Shown: one piece after another, positions 9,000 to 19,437 of the stretch
Position numbering within the stretch: the stretch's first letter is position 1
How the letters are laid out: each line of letters begins with the position of its first letter
Assembly (NCBI GenBank): GCA_029858565.1
Contig: JAOUEV010000024.1
Coordinates: 1 to 48,024, forward strand
From: Nitrospirota bacterium
GTDB taxonomy: Bacteria > Nitrospirota > UBA9217
DNA: 48,024 bases
Direction: 5' to 3'
Notes under the pieces: model-generated
Database searches by the model: none
The model's input: the letters and a program-made list of their open reading frames with translations, nothing else
Told to the model about the DNA's origin: nothing
Program-made: the position numbers and the translations under genes

Positions 9000-9746
9000 T
9001 CACCGCGCGCATTGACTGTCGTTCATCTTGACGAAATCAATTGCCTCGCGAAGGTTCAGTGAGCCGCTGTAGATCGCTTTGCCCGTGATCACGCCGGAGA
9101 CGCCGGCATGGCGCACCGTGAGCAGGTTCTCGATGTCCTTCATGGTGTGCACGCCGCCCGAGGCGATGACCGGGATGTGCAGCGCCTTTGCCAGGTCGCG
9201 GGTCGCCTCGACGTTCGGGCCGGAGAGCATGCCGTCCCGCTTGATATCCGTGTAGATGATCGCGATGACGCCATGCTCCTGCATCTGGACCGCCAGGTCG
9301 ACCGCTTTCACCTTCGTGACCTCGGCCCATCCCTTGATTGCCACCAGGCCCTCTTTCGCGTCGATGCCCACAATGATCTTGCCCGGAAACGCCTTGCAGG
9401 CCTCCTGCACAAAGGCCGGGTTCTCGATGGCCGCGGTGCCAAGGATGATGCGATCGATGCCGATCGAGACCAGGGAGAGGATCGTGGCCATGTCGCGGAT
9501 CCCGCCGCCCACTTCGATGGGGATCCTGATGGCCTGCCGGATCGCCTTGATGGCGTCCAGGTTCTTGGGTACGCCGGCAAAGGCGCCGTTCAGGTCCACC
9601 ACGTGCAGGAGCTCCGCACCCTGAGACTCCCAGTGCTTTGCCATGGCGCCGGGGTCCTCGCCGTAGACCGTGGCTTTGTCCATGAGCCCCTGCTGGAGCC
9701 GGACGCATTTGCCTTCTTTAAGATCGATCGCGGGTATGATAAGCAT
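9000..9746 (-). CDS. hisA: ProFAR isomerase
   Basis: [42 protein letters not shown]. Confidence 0.97.
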   Translation of the reverse strand: MLIIPAIDLKEGKCVRLQQGLMDKATVYGEDPGAMAKHWESQGAELLHVVDLNGAFAGVPKNLDAIKAIRQAIRIPIEVGGGIRDMATILSLVSIGIDRIILGTAAIENPAFVQEACKAFPGKIIVGIDAKEGLVAIKGWAEVTKVKAVDLAVQMQEHGVIAIIYTDIKRDGMLSGPNVEATRDLAKALHIPVIASGGVHTMKDIENLLTVRHAGVSGVITGKAIYSGSLNLREAIDFVKMNDSQCAR

Positions 9747-9754
9747 GTAAACCT

Positions 9755-9836
9755 CGGTAGCCGGTAGCCTGTTGCCGGTAGCCTGGAAATAAAAAGCGGT
9801 TGGTTTCCCGGCTACTGGACCCTGGCTACAGGACCC
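9755..9836. repeat. Inverted tandem-repeat element, 7-mer type (CGGTAGC)
   Basis: CGGTAGC CGGTAGC CTGTTGC CGGTAGC...CCGGCTA CTGGACC CTGGCTA CAGGACC between hisH and hisA. Confidence 0.75.
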
Positions 9837-10453
9837 TATCCTTTTTGTTCTCCAAAACGCTTAAGAATCGCAAGTCCCAGCGCCTGGCTCTTTTCCGGAT
9901 GGAACTGGGTCGCGAAGATGTTGTCCTTCCAGACGCTTGAAACGAATTCTGTCCCATAGTCGGTTGTTGTGGCGATGACTCCCTTGTCCTCAGGCACCAC
10001 ATGGAAGGAGTGGACAAAGTAAAAATGGCTGTTGTCCGGAACGTCCGCAAGGGCCGGTGGCCGGCGCTTGATGGACACCGAGTTCCAGCCCATGTGCGGG
10101 ATCTTCAGGTCCTTGTACTCGGGACCTTTGAAGCGAATAACCTTGCCTTTGATTATGTCCAGGCCTTTTGACAGGCCGAACTCCTCGCTCTCGGTGAACA
10201 GAAGTTGAAGCCCCAGGCAGATGCCGAGGAAGGGCTTGCCCGAAGCGATGCTCTTCTGCACCGCGTCGATCAAACCGTACTCCTCAAGGTTCCGCATGCA
10301 GTCCGGGAACGCGCCGACGCCCGGCAGCACGACCTTGGAAGCGTCGAGGATCGTATGGGGCTCGCGGGTCACCACTGCCTCGCGGCCCATGCGCTCGAAG
10401 CCTTTCTGCACGCTTCGCAGGTTTCCCATTCCGTAATCGATGATAGCAATCAT
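9836..10453 (-). CDS. hisH: Imidazole glycerol phosphate synthase glutaminase subunit
   Basis: DYGMGNL, PGVGAF, GICLG, PHMGWN, QFHPEKS. Confidence 0.97.
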   Translation of the reverse strand: MIAIIDYGMGNLRSVQKGFERMGREAVVTREPHTILDASKVVLPGVGAFPDCMRNLEEYGLIDAVQKSIASGKPFLGICLGLQLLFTESEEFGLSKGLDIIKGKVIRFKGPEYKDLKIPHMGWNSVSIKRRPPALADVPDNSHFYFVHSFHVVPEDKGVIATTTDYGTEFVSSVWKDNIFATQFHPEKSQALGLAILKRFGEQKG

Positions 10454-10461
10454 AACAGCCC

Positions 10462-10542
10462 TTTTGACACTGATGACACTGACAAATCCTGTGAACAGGT
10501 CGGTCTTTTCATAGTGTTCTTCAGTGTCCTCAGTGTCGAAAA
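10462..10542. repeat. Inverted tandem-repeat element, 9-mer type (GACACTGAK)
   Basis: GACACTGATGACACTGA...TCAGTGTCCTCAGTGTC between hisB and hisH. Confidence 0.85.
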
Positions 10543-10545
10543 CTT

Positions 10546-11136
10546 CTAGATTTTGCCCTTCGTCGACAGCACTCCCTTGATCCGCCGATCGACCGTGGTC
10601 GCCTGGTCCAGGGCGCGTCCGAAGGCCTTGAAGATCCCTTCCAGCATGTGGTGCACGTCACGTCCGTAGAACAGGTTGATGTGCAGGTTCATGCCCGCGT
10701 GGTTGGCGACGGACTGGAAAAAATCCTCGGCAAGGCCGGGATCGAAGTCCTTGAGCTTGTACTTTTTCGGCAGGTCGACGTTGTACACGAGGAACGGCCT
10801 GCCCGAAAGGTCCAGCACCACCTGCGCCAGGGTCTCGTCCATGGGCACGGTGGCCTCGCCGTAGCGCCGGATGCCCTTGCTGTCTCCCAGGGCCTTCTTG
10901 AGCGCCTGGCCGAACGCGATCCCCAGGTCCTCGACCGAGTGATGGTCGTCGATGTGCGTATCGCCCTTTGCCTTGAGGGTCAGGTCAAAGAACCCGTGCT
11001 TGGCGATGTGCGAGAACATGTGGTCCATAAACGGCACGCCGGTCTTGATGCTGTACACGCCGGTGCCGTCCAGGTCCAGGGTGATCCTGATGTCGGTCTC
11101 TTTGGTCTTTCGGTCGATCGTTGTTTTACGGGCCAT
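10546..11136 (-). CDS. hisB: Imidazoleglycerol-phosphate dehydratase
   Basis: [34 protein letters not shown]. Confidence 0.97.
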   Translation of the reverse strand: MARKTTIDRKTKETDIRITLDLDGTGVYSIKTGVPFMDHMFSHIAKHGFFDLTLKAKGDTHIDDHHSVEDLGIAFGQALKKALGDSKGIRRYGEATVPMDETLAQVVLDLSGRPFLVYNVDLPKKYKLKDFDPGLAEDFFQSVANHAGMNLHINLFYGRDVHHMLEGIFKAFGRALDQATTVDRRIKGVLSTKGKI

Positions 11137-11158
11137 AGAACCCCCAAAAAATCAAGAG

Positions 11159-11230
11159 CAGGATTATTATGAACAAGGATTAATAGGATTAAGGATCAGA
11201 GGTCGTAATCCTGCTAATCCTCTAATCCGG
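11159..11230. repeat. Inverted tandem-repeat element, GGATTA type
   Basis: GGATTA x3-4 facing TAATCC x3 between hisC and hisB. Confidence 0.75.
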
Positions 11231-11240
11231 GGCTGCTGTA

Positions 11241-12314
11241 TTAATCCTTGCTTAAGATGCTTCTCAGGTTCTTCAGGAATTCTCTGTTCTGCGCCGGTGT
11301 TCCGATGGTCACCCGCAGGCAGCCTTTGAGCGGGCCCGGGCGGTCGAGGTTCTTCACCAGGATGCCGCGCTTCTTGAGCGCCTGAAAGACCTTGGTTGCG
11401 TCCTTCTCGATCCAGATCAGCAGAAAGTTCGTTTCCGAAGGAAAGGGGGTGACCCCCGGAGTCCTGAGAAGGGCCTGGTACAGCTTCGTGCGCTCTGCAA
11501 CAAGGACCGCGATCTGCTGGTCCAGCACCTTGCGCTGCCTGAGCGCTGCGAGCCCGGCTGCCTGGGAAAGCGCATTGATGTTGTAGGGCAGCCTGACCTT
11601 GTTCAACTCGTCAACAACGGCCGGTGCTGCCGTGAGAACGCCGATCCTGAGCCCCGCGAGGCCGATCTTGGACAGCGTGCGCAGGACGATCATGTTCGGA
11701 TGCTTGGAGAGCTGCGGGAGCCACGATCTGCCAGAAAAACTGTAGTAGGCCTCGTCGATCACCACGGCCGCGTTCACGTTGAGCAGGACCTTGCGGACCG
11801 CATCGTCGGAATAGCGGTTGCCGGTCGGGTTGTTCGGGCTGGCGAGAAAGACCACTCGTGCACCGGTCTGGCGCGCTTTTTTAATGACCGCGTCCGCGTC
11901 AAGATCGAACTCCCCGGTCAGCGGCACGGTCACGACATCCTGGGACAGCGCCCGCGCAGTGATCTCATACATTGCAAAGGTCGGCGACGGGGCAAGCACC
12001 GGCCCGCCAAAGGCGAGAATGATCGCCTGGATCAGTTCGTCGGACCCGTTGCCCAGGAGCATCCGGTCCGGCCGAATGTTCCACATCGCGCCGATCGCAG
12101 ACTTCAGCTTCTTTGCCGTCGGATCGGGATAGAGGTTCAGCGGTGCAGAGGAAAGCGAGGCTGCCAGCTCCCGCCGGGCCGCGGAGGGAAGCGGGTAGGG
12201 GTTCTCCATCGCATCGAGCTTGATGCGCACCGGGGTCTCGTCGACATGGTAGGCTTTGAGCGCCCGTACCGCGGGTTTGACGAGCCCGACGACGGCTGAT
12301 GATGATCTCTTCAT
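11241..12314 (-). CDS. hisC: Histidinol-phosphate aminotransferase
   Basis: LDAMENP, GNGSDELI, SPNNPTG, DEAY, RTLSK..LAGLRIG. Confidence 0.95.
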   Translation of the reverse strand: MKRSSSAVVGLVKPAVRALKAYHVDETPVRIKLDAMENPYPLPSAARRELAASLSSAPLNLYPDPTAKKLKSAIGAMWNIRPDRMLLGNGSDELIQAIILAFGGPVLAPSPTFAMYEITARALSQDVVTVPLTGEFDLDADAVIKKARQTGARVVFLASPNNPTGNRYSDDAVRKVLLNVNAAVVIDEAYYSFSGRSWLPQLSKHPNMIVLRTLSKIGLAGLRIGVLTAAPAVVDELNKVRLPYNINALSQAAGLAALRQRKVLDQQIAVLVAERTKLYQALLRTPGVTPFPSETNFLLIWIEKDATKVFQALKKRGILVKNLDRPGPLKGCLRVTIGTPAQNREFLKNLRSILSKD

Positions 12315-12390
12315 GGAACGATAATATACCGGAAAGGAAGGGGGGGTACAAGGGGAAAAAGGTCGCCTGCCGCAGGTATCGCCTGTGAAT

Positions 12391-12426
12391 AAAAAAGGCA
12401 GGTTCCCCGGGGGAACCTGCCTTTTT
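12391..12426 (-). terminator. Intrinsic terminator of csp gene
   Basis: AAAAAAGGCAGGTTCCCC-G-GGGGAACCTGCCTTTTT. Confidence 0.85.
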
Positions 12427-12444
12427 GCGAGGTCGTCTTGGTTA

Positions 12445-12645
12445 CTACGCCTTTACGACATTCGCCGCTTTCGGGCCCTTGGGGCTGTCTTCGACATCGA
12501 ACGTCACAGCCTGACCTTCGGCCAGCGACTTGAAGCCGCTGTCCTGGATCGCGGAAAAGTGGACAAACACATCACTGCCGTCCTCGCTTGCAATGAAGCC
12601 AAAACCCTTGGCGTCATTGAACCACTTCACGGTTCCTTTTGCCAT
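12445..12645 (-). CDS. cspA: Cold-shock protein (66 aa)
   Basis: [18 protein letters not shown]...DVFVHFSAI; SD GGAGG; the longer listed ORF is over-extended. Confidence 0.95.
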   Translation of the reverse strand: MAKGTVKWFNDAKGFGFIASEDGSDVFVHFSAIQDSGFKSLAEGQAVTFDVEDSPKGPKAANVVKA

Positions 12646-12832
12646 GTTCGCGCTACCTCCTTCCGTGAAATTTGACGCGTGCGGAGTCTGTCCACAAAAA
12701 AAAACCACAAAGCGTGGAGCTTTGCGGCCTGTTAGAACGACAAAGACTTCCGAACGACGGATTATAATCGCATTGCCTTGCGGAAAAGTCAAGCACATTT
12801 TTTCGGTCAGCGGGACCTCCTGCTTGCACCGG

Positions 12833-13192
12833 TCACCAGACTTCTTCGTCCTCTTTGCGCCACGCGGGATCGACGAGGCAGATAAACACCAGGTCCCGGG
12901 TTCCGGGGTTGTGTATCTGCTGTTTCGCGCCGGGCGGGATATAGACCGTATCCCCGGGAAGGACCGGAGATGTCTCGCCATCGATATGCATGATCCCTTC
13001 GCCTTCCATGATAAAATAGACCTCCGAGGTGGTGAGCCGGTGCAGGCGCGTGGTCACTCCCGGCCGAACGATCGCGTGCGCAAGGCTGTAGCGGAGTTTT
13101 AGGTCCGCCTTGTCCGGATGGAGCAGCTCGCGGAGGATGCTGTTGTCGCCGGCTATGAATTCCGGGCACTCCGTAAGACGACGAATGAGCAT
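12833..13192 (-). CDS. Cupin domain protein
   Basis: [24 protein letters not shown]. Confidence 0.85.
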   Translation of the reverse strand: MLIRRLTECPEFIAGDNSILRELLHPDKADLKLRYSLAHAIVRPGVTTRLHRLTTSEVYFIMEGEGIMHIDGETSPVLPGDTVYIPPGAKQQIHNPGTRDLVFICLVDPAWRKEDEEVW

Positions 13193-13217
13193 GATCTTCC
13201 TTTTCAACTTCAGGCGT

Positions 13218-15461
13218 TCAGGCTTCCGGTTCACTGTCCTTGATGACCCTGGCCACGACCTCTCCCAATTCCCGTATGCGGTAGGGTTTGCTTACCATAC
13301 CTTTAAAGCCGTAAGCCTGGAAATCAGCCATGATCGGGTCCTGAGAATAACCGCTCGAAACGATCGCTTTCACCTCGGGGTCCAGCTCCCGGATGCGGGC
13401 GACCGTGTCCTGGCCTCCCATGCCGCCGGGAATGGTAAGGTCCATGATCACCGCATCAAAGGGTGCGCCTGACTCGCGTGCCGCGAAGTAGCTTTCGATA
13501 GCCTCGCTTCCGTCGCTTACCGCGGTCACGGTATACCCCAGCCGTGTCAGCATATCAGCGGTCGTGTCGCGCATGTCCGCGTCATCGTCCATGATCAGCA
13601 CCCTGCCCGATCCCTGCGCGATCTTGCCGGCCCGCGAGGGCGGGGCGGCCTTGCTTTCCGAGGCCGGGAGGAACAGGGAAAATTGCGCGCCCTTGCCGAG
13701 TTCCGACGTGACCGTGATGTGACCGTCATGGCGCCGGATGATCGAAAAGGTCGCTGCCAGTCCGAGACCGCTTCCCTTCTGCTTGGTGGTGAAGTAAGGA
13801 TCGAAAATCTTCGGCAAGTGCTCTTTCGGGATGCCCGTGCCCTCATCGCTTATTGTTACCTTGACGTATCTGCCTGCTTTGAGCGGAGGTGCATCACGCT
13901 CCCCGATGTTTACGTTCTCGCCGACGATGCGGATGATCCCGCCGTCGGGCATGGCCTGGTCCGCGTTGATCAGGATATTGCTGAAGACCTGCATCATCTG
14001 TCCCTCATCGGCGTCCACGGCCCAAAGGTCAGCGGGAAGCGAAAGCTCATGCAGGACCCGGGAGCCGTGGAGCGAGAAACCCGCGGCCTCGGCTATGACC
14101 GCGGAAAGCGAGGTCGGGCGCTTCACCGGCGCACCGCCGCGGGAGAAGGTGAGCAGCTGCTGGGTAAGCTCCTGGGCGCGGATCGACGCGCTCTCGGCCT
14201 TGGTCAGCTGGGTATAGGCCCGGCTTCCCGGATCGACATCGATCATCGCCATGGAGATATTGCCCATGATGGCACCGAGGAGATTGTTGAAGTCATGGGC
14301 GATCCCGCCGGCCAGCAGTCCAAGGGATTCGAGCTTTTGGATCCGGGCGAGTTCTCCCTCCATGCGGACACGCTCGGCGATCTCGAACTGCAGATGCTGG
14401 TTCGCTTCCTGGAGTTCCGAGGTGCGCTCGTCGACCAGACATTCGAGCTGCTCCCGGTGGCGGTTCAGTTCTTCCTCGCTCCGCTTCCGGCTCGTGATGT
14501 CCCGGATGATGCTGATCATGGCAATGGGCGTGCCTTGTGCATTGTTCACCAGTGACGTGGAGAGCCAGATCGGGAAGTCATGGCCGTCCTTGTGATGGAC
14601 GAGTACCTCGCCGCTCCACCGGCCTTTTTCCCGAAGCGCCGGAAGGATCTCATCGCTGGCAAAGCCGGCGTCCACGTTCAGATGGTCTACCTGCGTGCCT
14701 GTAAGTTCGTCAGAGCTGTAACCGTATATTTCCTCAACAGCCTTGTTGGAATAAATGATATGCCCGTTCAGGTCAACGATCTGAACACCATCCATGGCCT
14801 CTTCGATGGCCGTAGAGAAAAGCTTCAGGTTCTCTTCAAAACGTTTATGCTCGGTGATATCCCGGACAGCTTCAATGCCCGCAACGATCTCACCCCGCGC
14901 GTTCCGGAGGGGTGCTGAATTGATCTCGATGTGGATGGTCCCGCGCTCACTGCTGCGGGTCTTTTCCAGGGTGTGCATCCGGCCGTCCGCACAGGAGCGG
15001 GCTACCGGACATTCGGGACAAAGGCTGGTCCGGTTGGAATAGGCCTCATAGCAGGTCTTGCCGAGATGGTCTCCCACAAGGGCCTTGTGCACCTGGTTCT
15101 GATAGAGGATGCGGTAGTTGCGGTCCTGGATGCTGATCCCGTCGGGGATCGCGGCGATGACCGCCTCGGACCGGGCTTTCTCGTCCTCCAGATTGGCAAG
15201 CGCGGTGCGGAGCCTTTCTTCCGCTCGCTTGCGGCGGGCCAGCGTACTGCTGATCACGGTGCCGAAGAGGAAAAAGGAGAGGAGGACAAATAAGCGGAAA
15301 TAAAGTTCGTGGGGAGATATTTCGGTGATAAGTGATTCGATGAACGTGCCGACGCCGAAGACCCAGGCGTCTATGGCAGCGTCCATGATCCAAACGCCGA
15401 TCGCGCCAAGAAGGGACAGCAGTACGACCTTGTCTTCATAGCGAATCTTGGGATGTTTCAT
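13218..15461 (-). CDS. Membrane-bound hybrid sensor histidine kinase (2 PAS, HisKA, HATPase, REC)
   Basis: GGIAHDFNN, DEGTGI, FDPYFTTK, GSGLGL, MDLTIPG, KPY. Confidence 0.93.
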   Translation of the reverse strand: MKHPKIRYEDKVVLLSLLGAIGVWIMDAAIDAWVFGVGTFIESLITEISPHELYFRLFVLLSFFLFGTVISSTLARRKRAEERLRTALANLEDEKARSEAVIAAIPDGISIQDRNYRILYQNQVHKALVGDHLGKTCYEAYSNRTSLCPECPVARSCADGRMHTLEKTRSSERGTIHIEINSAPLRNARGEIVAGIEAVRDITEHKRFEENLKLFSTAIEEAMDGVQIVDLNGHIIYSNKAVEEIYGYSSDELTGTQVDHLNVDAGFASDEILPALREKGRWSGEVLVHHKDGHDFPIWLSTSLVNNAQGTPIAMISIIRDITSRKRSEEELNRHREQLECLVDERTSELQEANQHLQFEIAERVRMEGELARIQKLESLGLLAGGIAHDFNNLLGAIMGNISMAMIDVDPGSRAYTQLTKAESASIRAQELTQQLLTFSRGGAPVKRPTSLSAVIAEAAGFSLHGSRVLHELSLPADLWAVDADEGQMMQVFSNILINADQAMPDGGIIRIVGENVNIGERDAPPLKAGRYVKVTISDEGTGIPKEHLPKIFDPYFTTKQKGSGLGLAATFSIIRRHDGHITVTSELGKGAQFSLFLPASESKAAPPSRAGKIAQGSGRVLIMDDDADMRDTTADMLTRLGYTVTAVSDGSEAIESYFAARESGAPFDAVIMDLTIPGGMGGQDTVARIRELDPEVKAIVSSGYSQDPIMADFQAYGFKGMVSKPYRIRELGEVVARVIKDSEPEA

Positions 15462-15496
15462 GAGCAGACCTCGTGCTCCGGAGGAAGGTACGAGGA

Positions 15497-15525
15497 AGTC
15501 TATCGCAGCATGGAGCGTTTGTCAA
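15497..15525 (-). promoter_or_regulatory. Sigma70 promoter of kinase gene
   Basis: TTGACA-17-TAGACT on minus strand. Confidence 0.55.
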
Positions 15526-15585
15526 CGGAAAGCGGAGATCGCGAAAGCGGAGATCGAGGCAGGGCTCCGGCCGCGTGTTGACCAG

Positions 15586-15626
15586 AAAAAACGCGAGAGG
15601 TGCCCTCGTGAAGAACACCCCTCGCG
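15586..15626 (-). terminator. Intrinsic terminator after TPR gene
   Basis: Minus strand CGCGAGGGGTGTTC...GGGCACCTCTCGCG followed by T6. Confidence 0.6.
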
Positions 15627-15679
15627 GTTACCGGATTCCCTGTTTGCGGTAGGGACAGCGCATGGATGCGCGAACCCTT

Positions 15680-16240
15680 CTATTTCATTGCCTGCAGGTT
15701 CTGGATTTCCTGGCGGATCTGGATGGCGTCAGGCGCTCCCGGTGCCAGAGCGAGATATTTTTCGAACATCTTGATGCCTTCGGCACGCCGGTTCAGATCA
15801 AAGGCGAGCACGACTCCCGAGTTCCTGTTGGCGTTAATATGGTCGGGTTTGAGCTTCAGGGCTTTCCGGTACTCCTCCAGCGCTTTCTCCGGCTGGCCCA
15901 CGCCGCGGTAGCAGGTTCCCATGTCGACACGGACATCAACATTCTTGGGATCGATCTCCAGGGAGCGCTGATAGGAAATGATGGCGTCGGAGAATCGCTG
16001 GGCGTCCATCTGTGCATTGCCCAGGGCTATCCAGCCGTTGGCGTTCTTCGGGTTCTCCCTGACCAGCGCCTCAAGGTGTTTGATCTCCTCGGCGCTTTTG
16101 ACCATCACCGGCGGAGCGACGATCTGGCTGCCCTGTCCTGCCTGGCCCTGGCCCCACTGTGATGATTGCTGCTGCTTGCAGCCGGAAAGCATCGGAAGGA
16201 ACATGAAAATCGTTGCAACGATCATGACACGTTTCAGCAT
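15680..16240 (-). CDS. TPR-repeat lipoprotein
   Basis: Lipobox LSG-C; TPR motifs (NPKNANGWIALGN, DPKNVDVRVDMG). Confidence 0.85.
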   Translation of the reverse strand: MLKRVMIVATIFMFLPMLSGCKQQQSSQWGQGQAGQGSQIVAPPVMVKSAEEIKHLEALVRENPKNANGWIALGNAQMDAQRFSDAIISYQRSLEIDPKNVDVRVDMGTCYRGVGQPEKALEEYRKALKLKPDHINANRNSGVVLAFDLNRRAEGIKMFEKYLALAPGAPDAIQIRQEIQNLQAMK

Positions 16241-16295
16241 CTGGTGGAACCTCCTGGAGCGCGGAGCATTGTCAGGCGTCCGCGAATATTGGGGA

Positions 16296-16325
16296 CTTAT
16301 ACCATGAATTCCCCGGGTTTGTCAA
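16296..16325 (-). promoter_or_regulatory. Promoter of TPR gene
   Basis: TTGACA-18-TATAAG with TG extension. Confidence 0.5.
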
Positions 16326-16469
16326 TTTGCGGAAGTCAGTAACAGAAGTCGGCAGCACATGAATATGACGGAAGAACTGTGCCGGTTGCGCCATCTGCGC
16401 AGGTCATCAGCCGTGACTGAAAAATGACCGAAATACCAAGGGAACCAAGGGATATGTCAAGAAAAGATA

Positions 16470-16498
16470 TTGACAAACAGAGTTCCCTCGGGTATATT
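16470..16498 (+). promoter_or_regulatory. rho promoter
   Basis: TTGACA-17-TATATT. Confidence 0.7.
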
Positions 16499-16810
16499 CT
16501 TCAACAAGCAGGCGTCGCTACCACTACACATACACTACATCTAGCCATCACAACCCCAGGTCGCACGACTTAACCCAACGAATACAAACACATCGCATTC
16601 AAATCGAAAGGTAGTACACAGCGTAGATACGACAGTCAGATGCAGGCAGTAAAGACACGCGATGCGTGGTCCTCCGGACCCTATCTCGCCTAGCCTGAAT
16701 CCGCCAATTTTCGGGAGTATAACGAAACCAGTCCCTTCCACCCCCTCATATCTGCGCCTCCGCCGCTGTGCGGCCCATGGCGCCCCAAGGAGCACAAAGG
16801 AGTAGTACAC

Positions 16811-18058
<1,248 letters not shown>

Positions 18059-18208
18059 GGATCCGCGCTGCCGCATGATTTTTTGCTTGTTTTTTGAAAG
18101 GGTTTTAGGTAATATTACGGCTCTGCGCTCCTGTCCTTCCCTGGAATCCAGACGCGAGGGATCGGGAGAGCCGATAGTCTGCTGTACCCGCTTTTGAGGA
18201 GGAACACC

Positions 18209-18412
18209 ATGAAACAGGATCTGCATCCCAACTACAAGGTCACGACCATTCACTGCGCCTGCGGCACGTCTTTCGAGACCCGTTCCACGCAGGGAACCAC
18301 GGTAAAGCTCGATATCTGCTCGAACTGCCATCCCTTTTTCACCGGCAAGCAGAAACTGATCGATACCGAGGGACGCGTCGACAAGTTCCGCAAGAAGTAC
18401 AACAAGGCCTAG
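18209..18412 (+). CDS. rpmE: 50S ribosomal protein L31 (Zn-binding C+ type)
   Basis: [29 protein letters not shown]; SD GAGGAGG. Confidence 0.97.
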   Translation: MKQDLHPNYKVTTIHCACGTSFETRSTQGTTVKLDICSNCHPFFTGKQKLIDTEGRVDKFRKKYNKA

Positions 18413-18463
18413 TACGGCAGCGACCCTTCCGAAGCACGACCACCCCACCACGAGGTCCAGGCA

Positions 18464-19366
18464 TTGTCCGAAAAACTGTCCATAGGCGGTCAGGCGGTGA
18501 TCGAGGGCGTGATGATGCGTTCTCCGCACGCCTTTACCGTTGCCGTTCGCAGGGGAGGAAGGCCTGACGGATCGATCGCCCTGCTCAAGGAGACGATCCG
18601 GCCCATCGGGGACCGTTTCCCCCTGCTCAAGAAGAAGGTGCTTCGCGGTTCCGTGACGCTCTTCGAAGCGCTCTGGCTCGGGATCCGTGCGCTCAATTTC
18701 TCGGCGAACGAGGCATTGGAGAGCGAGGACGGCAAGAAGGAGGAGATCAGCCCTCTCGCCATGATGGGGACAATGGTCCTTGCCCTGGCTTTCTCGCTCG
18801 GTCTTTTCCTGGGGCTGCCCCTGCTCTTGACCCATCTGCTGGGCTCCCAATATGCGGCATTCAAGGGGAACGTGCTGTTCAACCTGACCGACGGCGCGAT
18901 CCGGGTGACGCTCTTCCTCGGGTATGTCTCCGGCATCTCGTTCATGAAGGACATCCGCCGGGTATTCCAGTACCACGGCGCGGAGCATAAAGTGATCGGC
19001 GCGTTCGAGTCGGGGGTCCCGTTGACGGTGGAGAACGCAAGGACCTACTCCCGCATCCATCCGCGTTGCGGCACCAGTTTTTTGATGGTGGTCATCGTGC
19101 TTTCCATCCTGCTGTTCTCCCTGATCCCCGCCGGATGGCCGCTCTGGGCAAAGGGAGTTTCCCGCATCATGCTCATGCCGCTTATTGCCGGGCTGTCCTA
19201 TGAGTTCATCAAGTGGAGTGCATGCAAACGGGACAACCGTGTTGTGGAAGCATTGATGCTGCCGGGACTGCTCCTGCAGCGTCTCACAACGCGGGAGCCG
19301 TCGGATGATCAAATAGAAGTGGCCATCAGGGCCATGGACGAGGCCCTTGCCATGGAACCCCGCTGA
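18464..19366 (+). CDS. DUF1385 family membrane protein
   Basis: GGQAVIEGVMMR, YHGAEHK, HPRCGTSF, LQRLTTREP; usual rpmE-prfA context. Confidence 0.9.
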   Translation: MSEKLSIGGQAVIEGVMMRSPHAFTVAVRRGGRPDGSIALLKETIRPIGDRFPLLKKKVLRGSVTLFEALWLGIRALNFSANEALESEDGKKEEISPLAMMGTMVLALAFSLGLFLGLPLLLTHLLGSQYAAFKGNVLFNLTDGAIRVTLFLGYVSGISFMKDIRRVFQYHGAEHKVIGAFESGVPLTVENARTYSRIHPRCGTSFLMVVIVLSILLFSLIPAGWPLWAKGVSRIMLMPLIAGLSYEFIKWSACKRDNRVVEALMLPGLLLQRLTTREPSDDQIEVAIRAMDEALAMEPR

Positions 19367-19379
19367 CGCGGGGTTTTTT
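19356..19379 (+). terminator. Terminator-like hairpin overlapping DUF1385 stop
   Basis: AACCCCGCTGACGCGGGGTTTTTT. Confidence 0.6.
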
Positions 19380-19398
19380 GTTGGAACATCATTATGGG

Positions 19399-19426
19399 GA
19401 GGGCGGGTTGTAAACCCGCCTCTGCA
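19399..19426 (-). repeat. Single REP-like palindrome
   Basis: Minus strand TGCAGAGGCGGGTTTACAACCCGCCCT, resembling GTAG-type REPs. Confidence 0.55.
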
Positions 19427-19437
19427 CTTTATCGGCT

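Noticed and set aside
12646-12981. N-terminal extension of the cold-shock protein
   Set aside because: Covers the promoter/leader and the cupin gene; a canonical start with SD is at 12645
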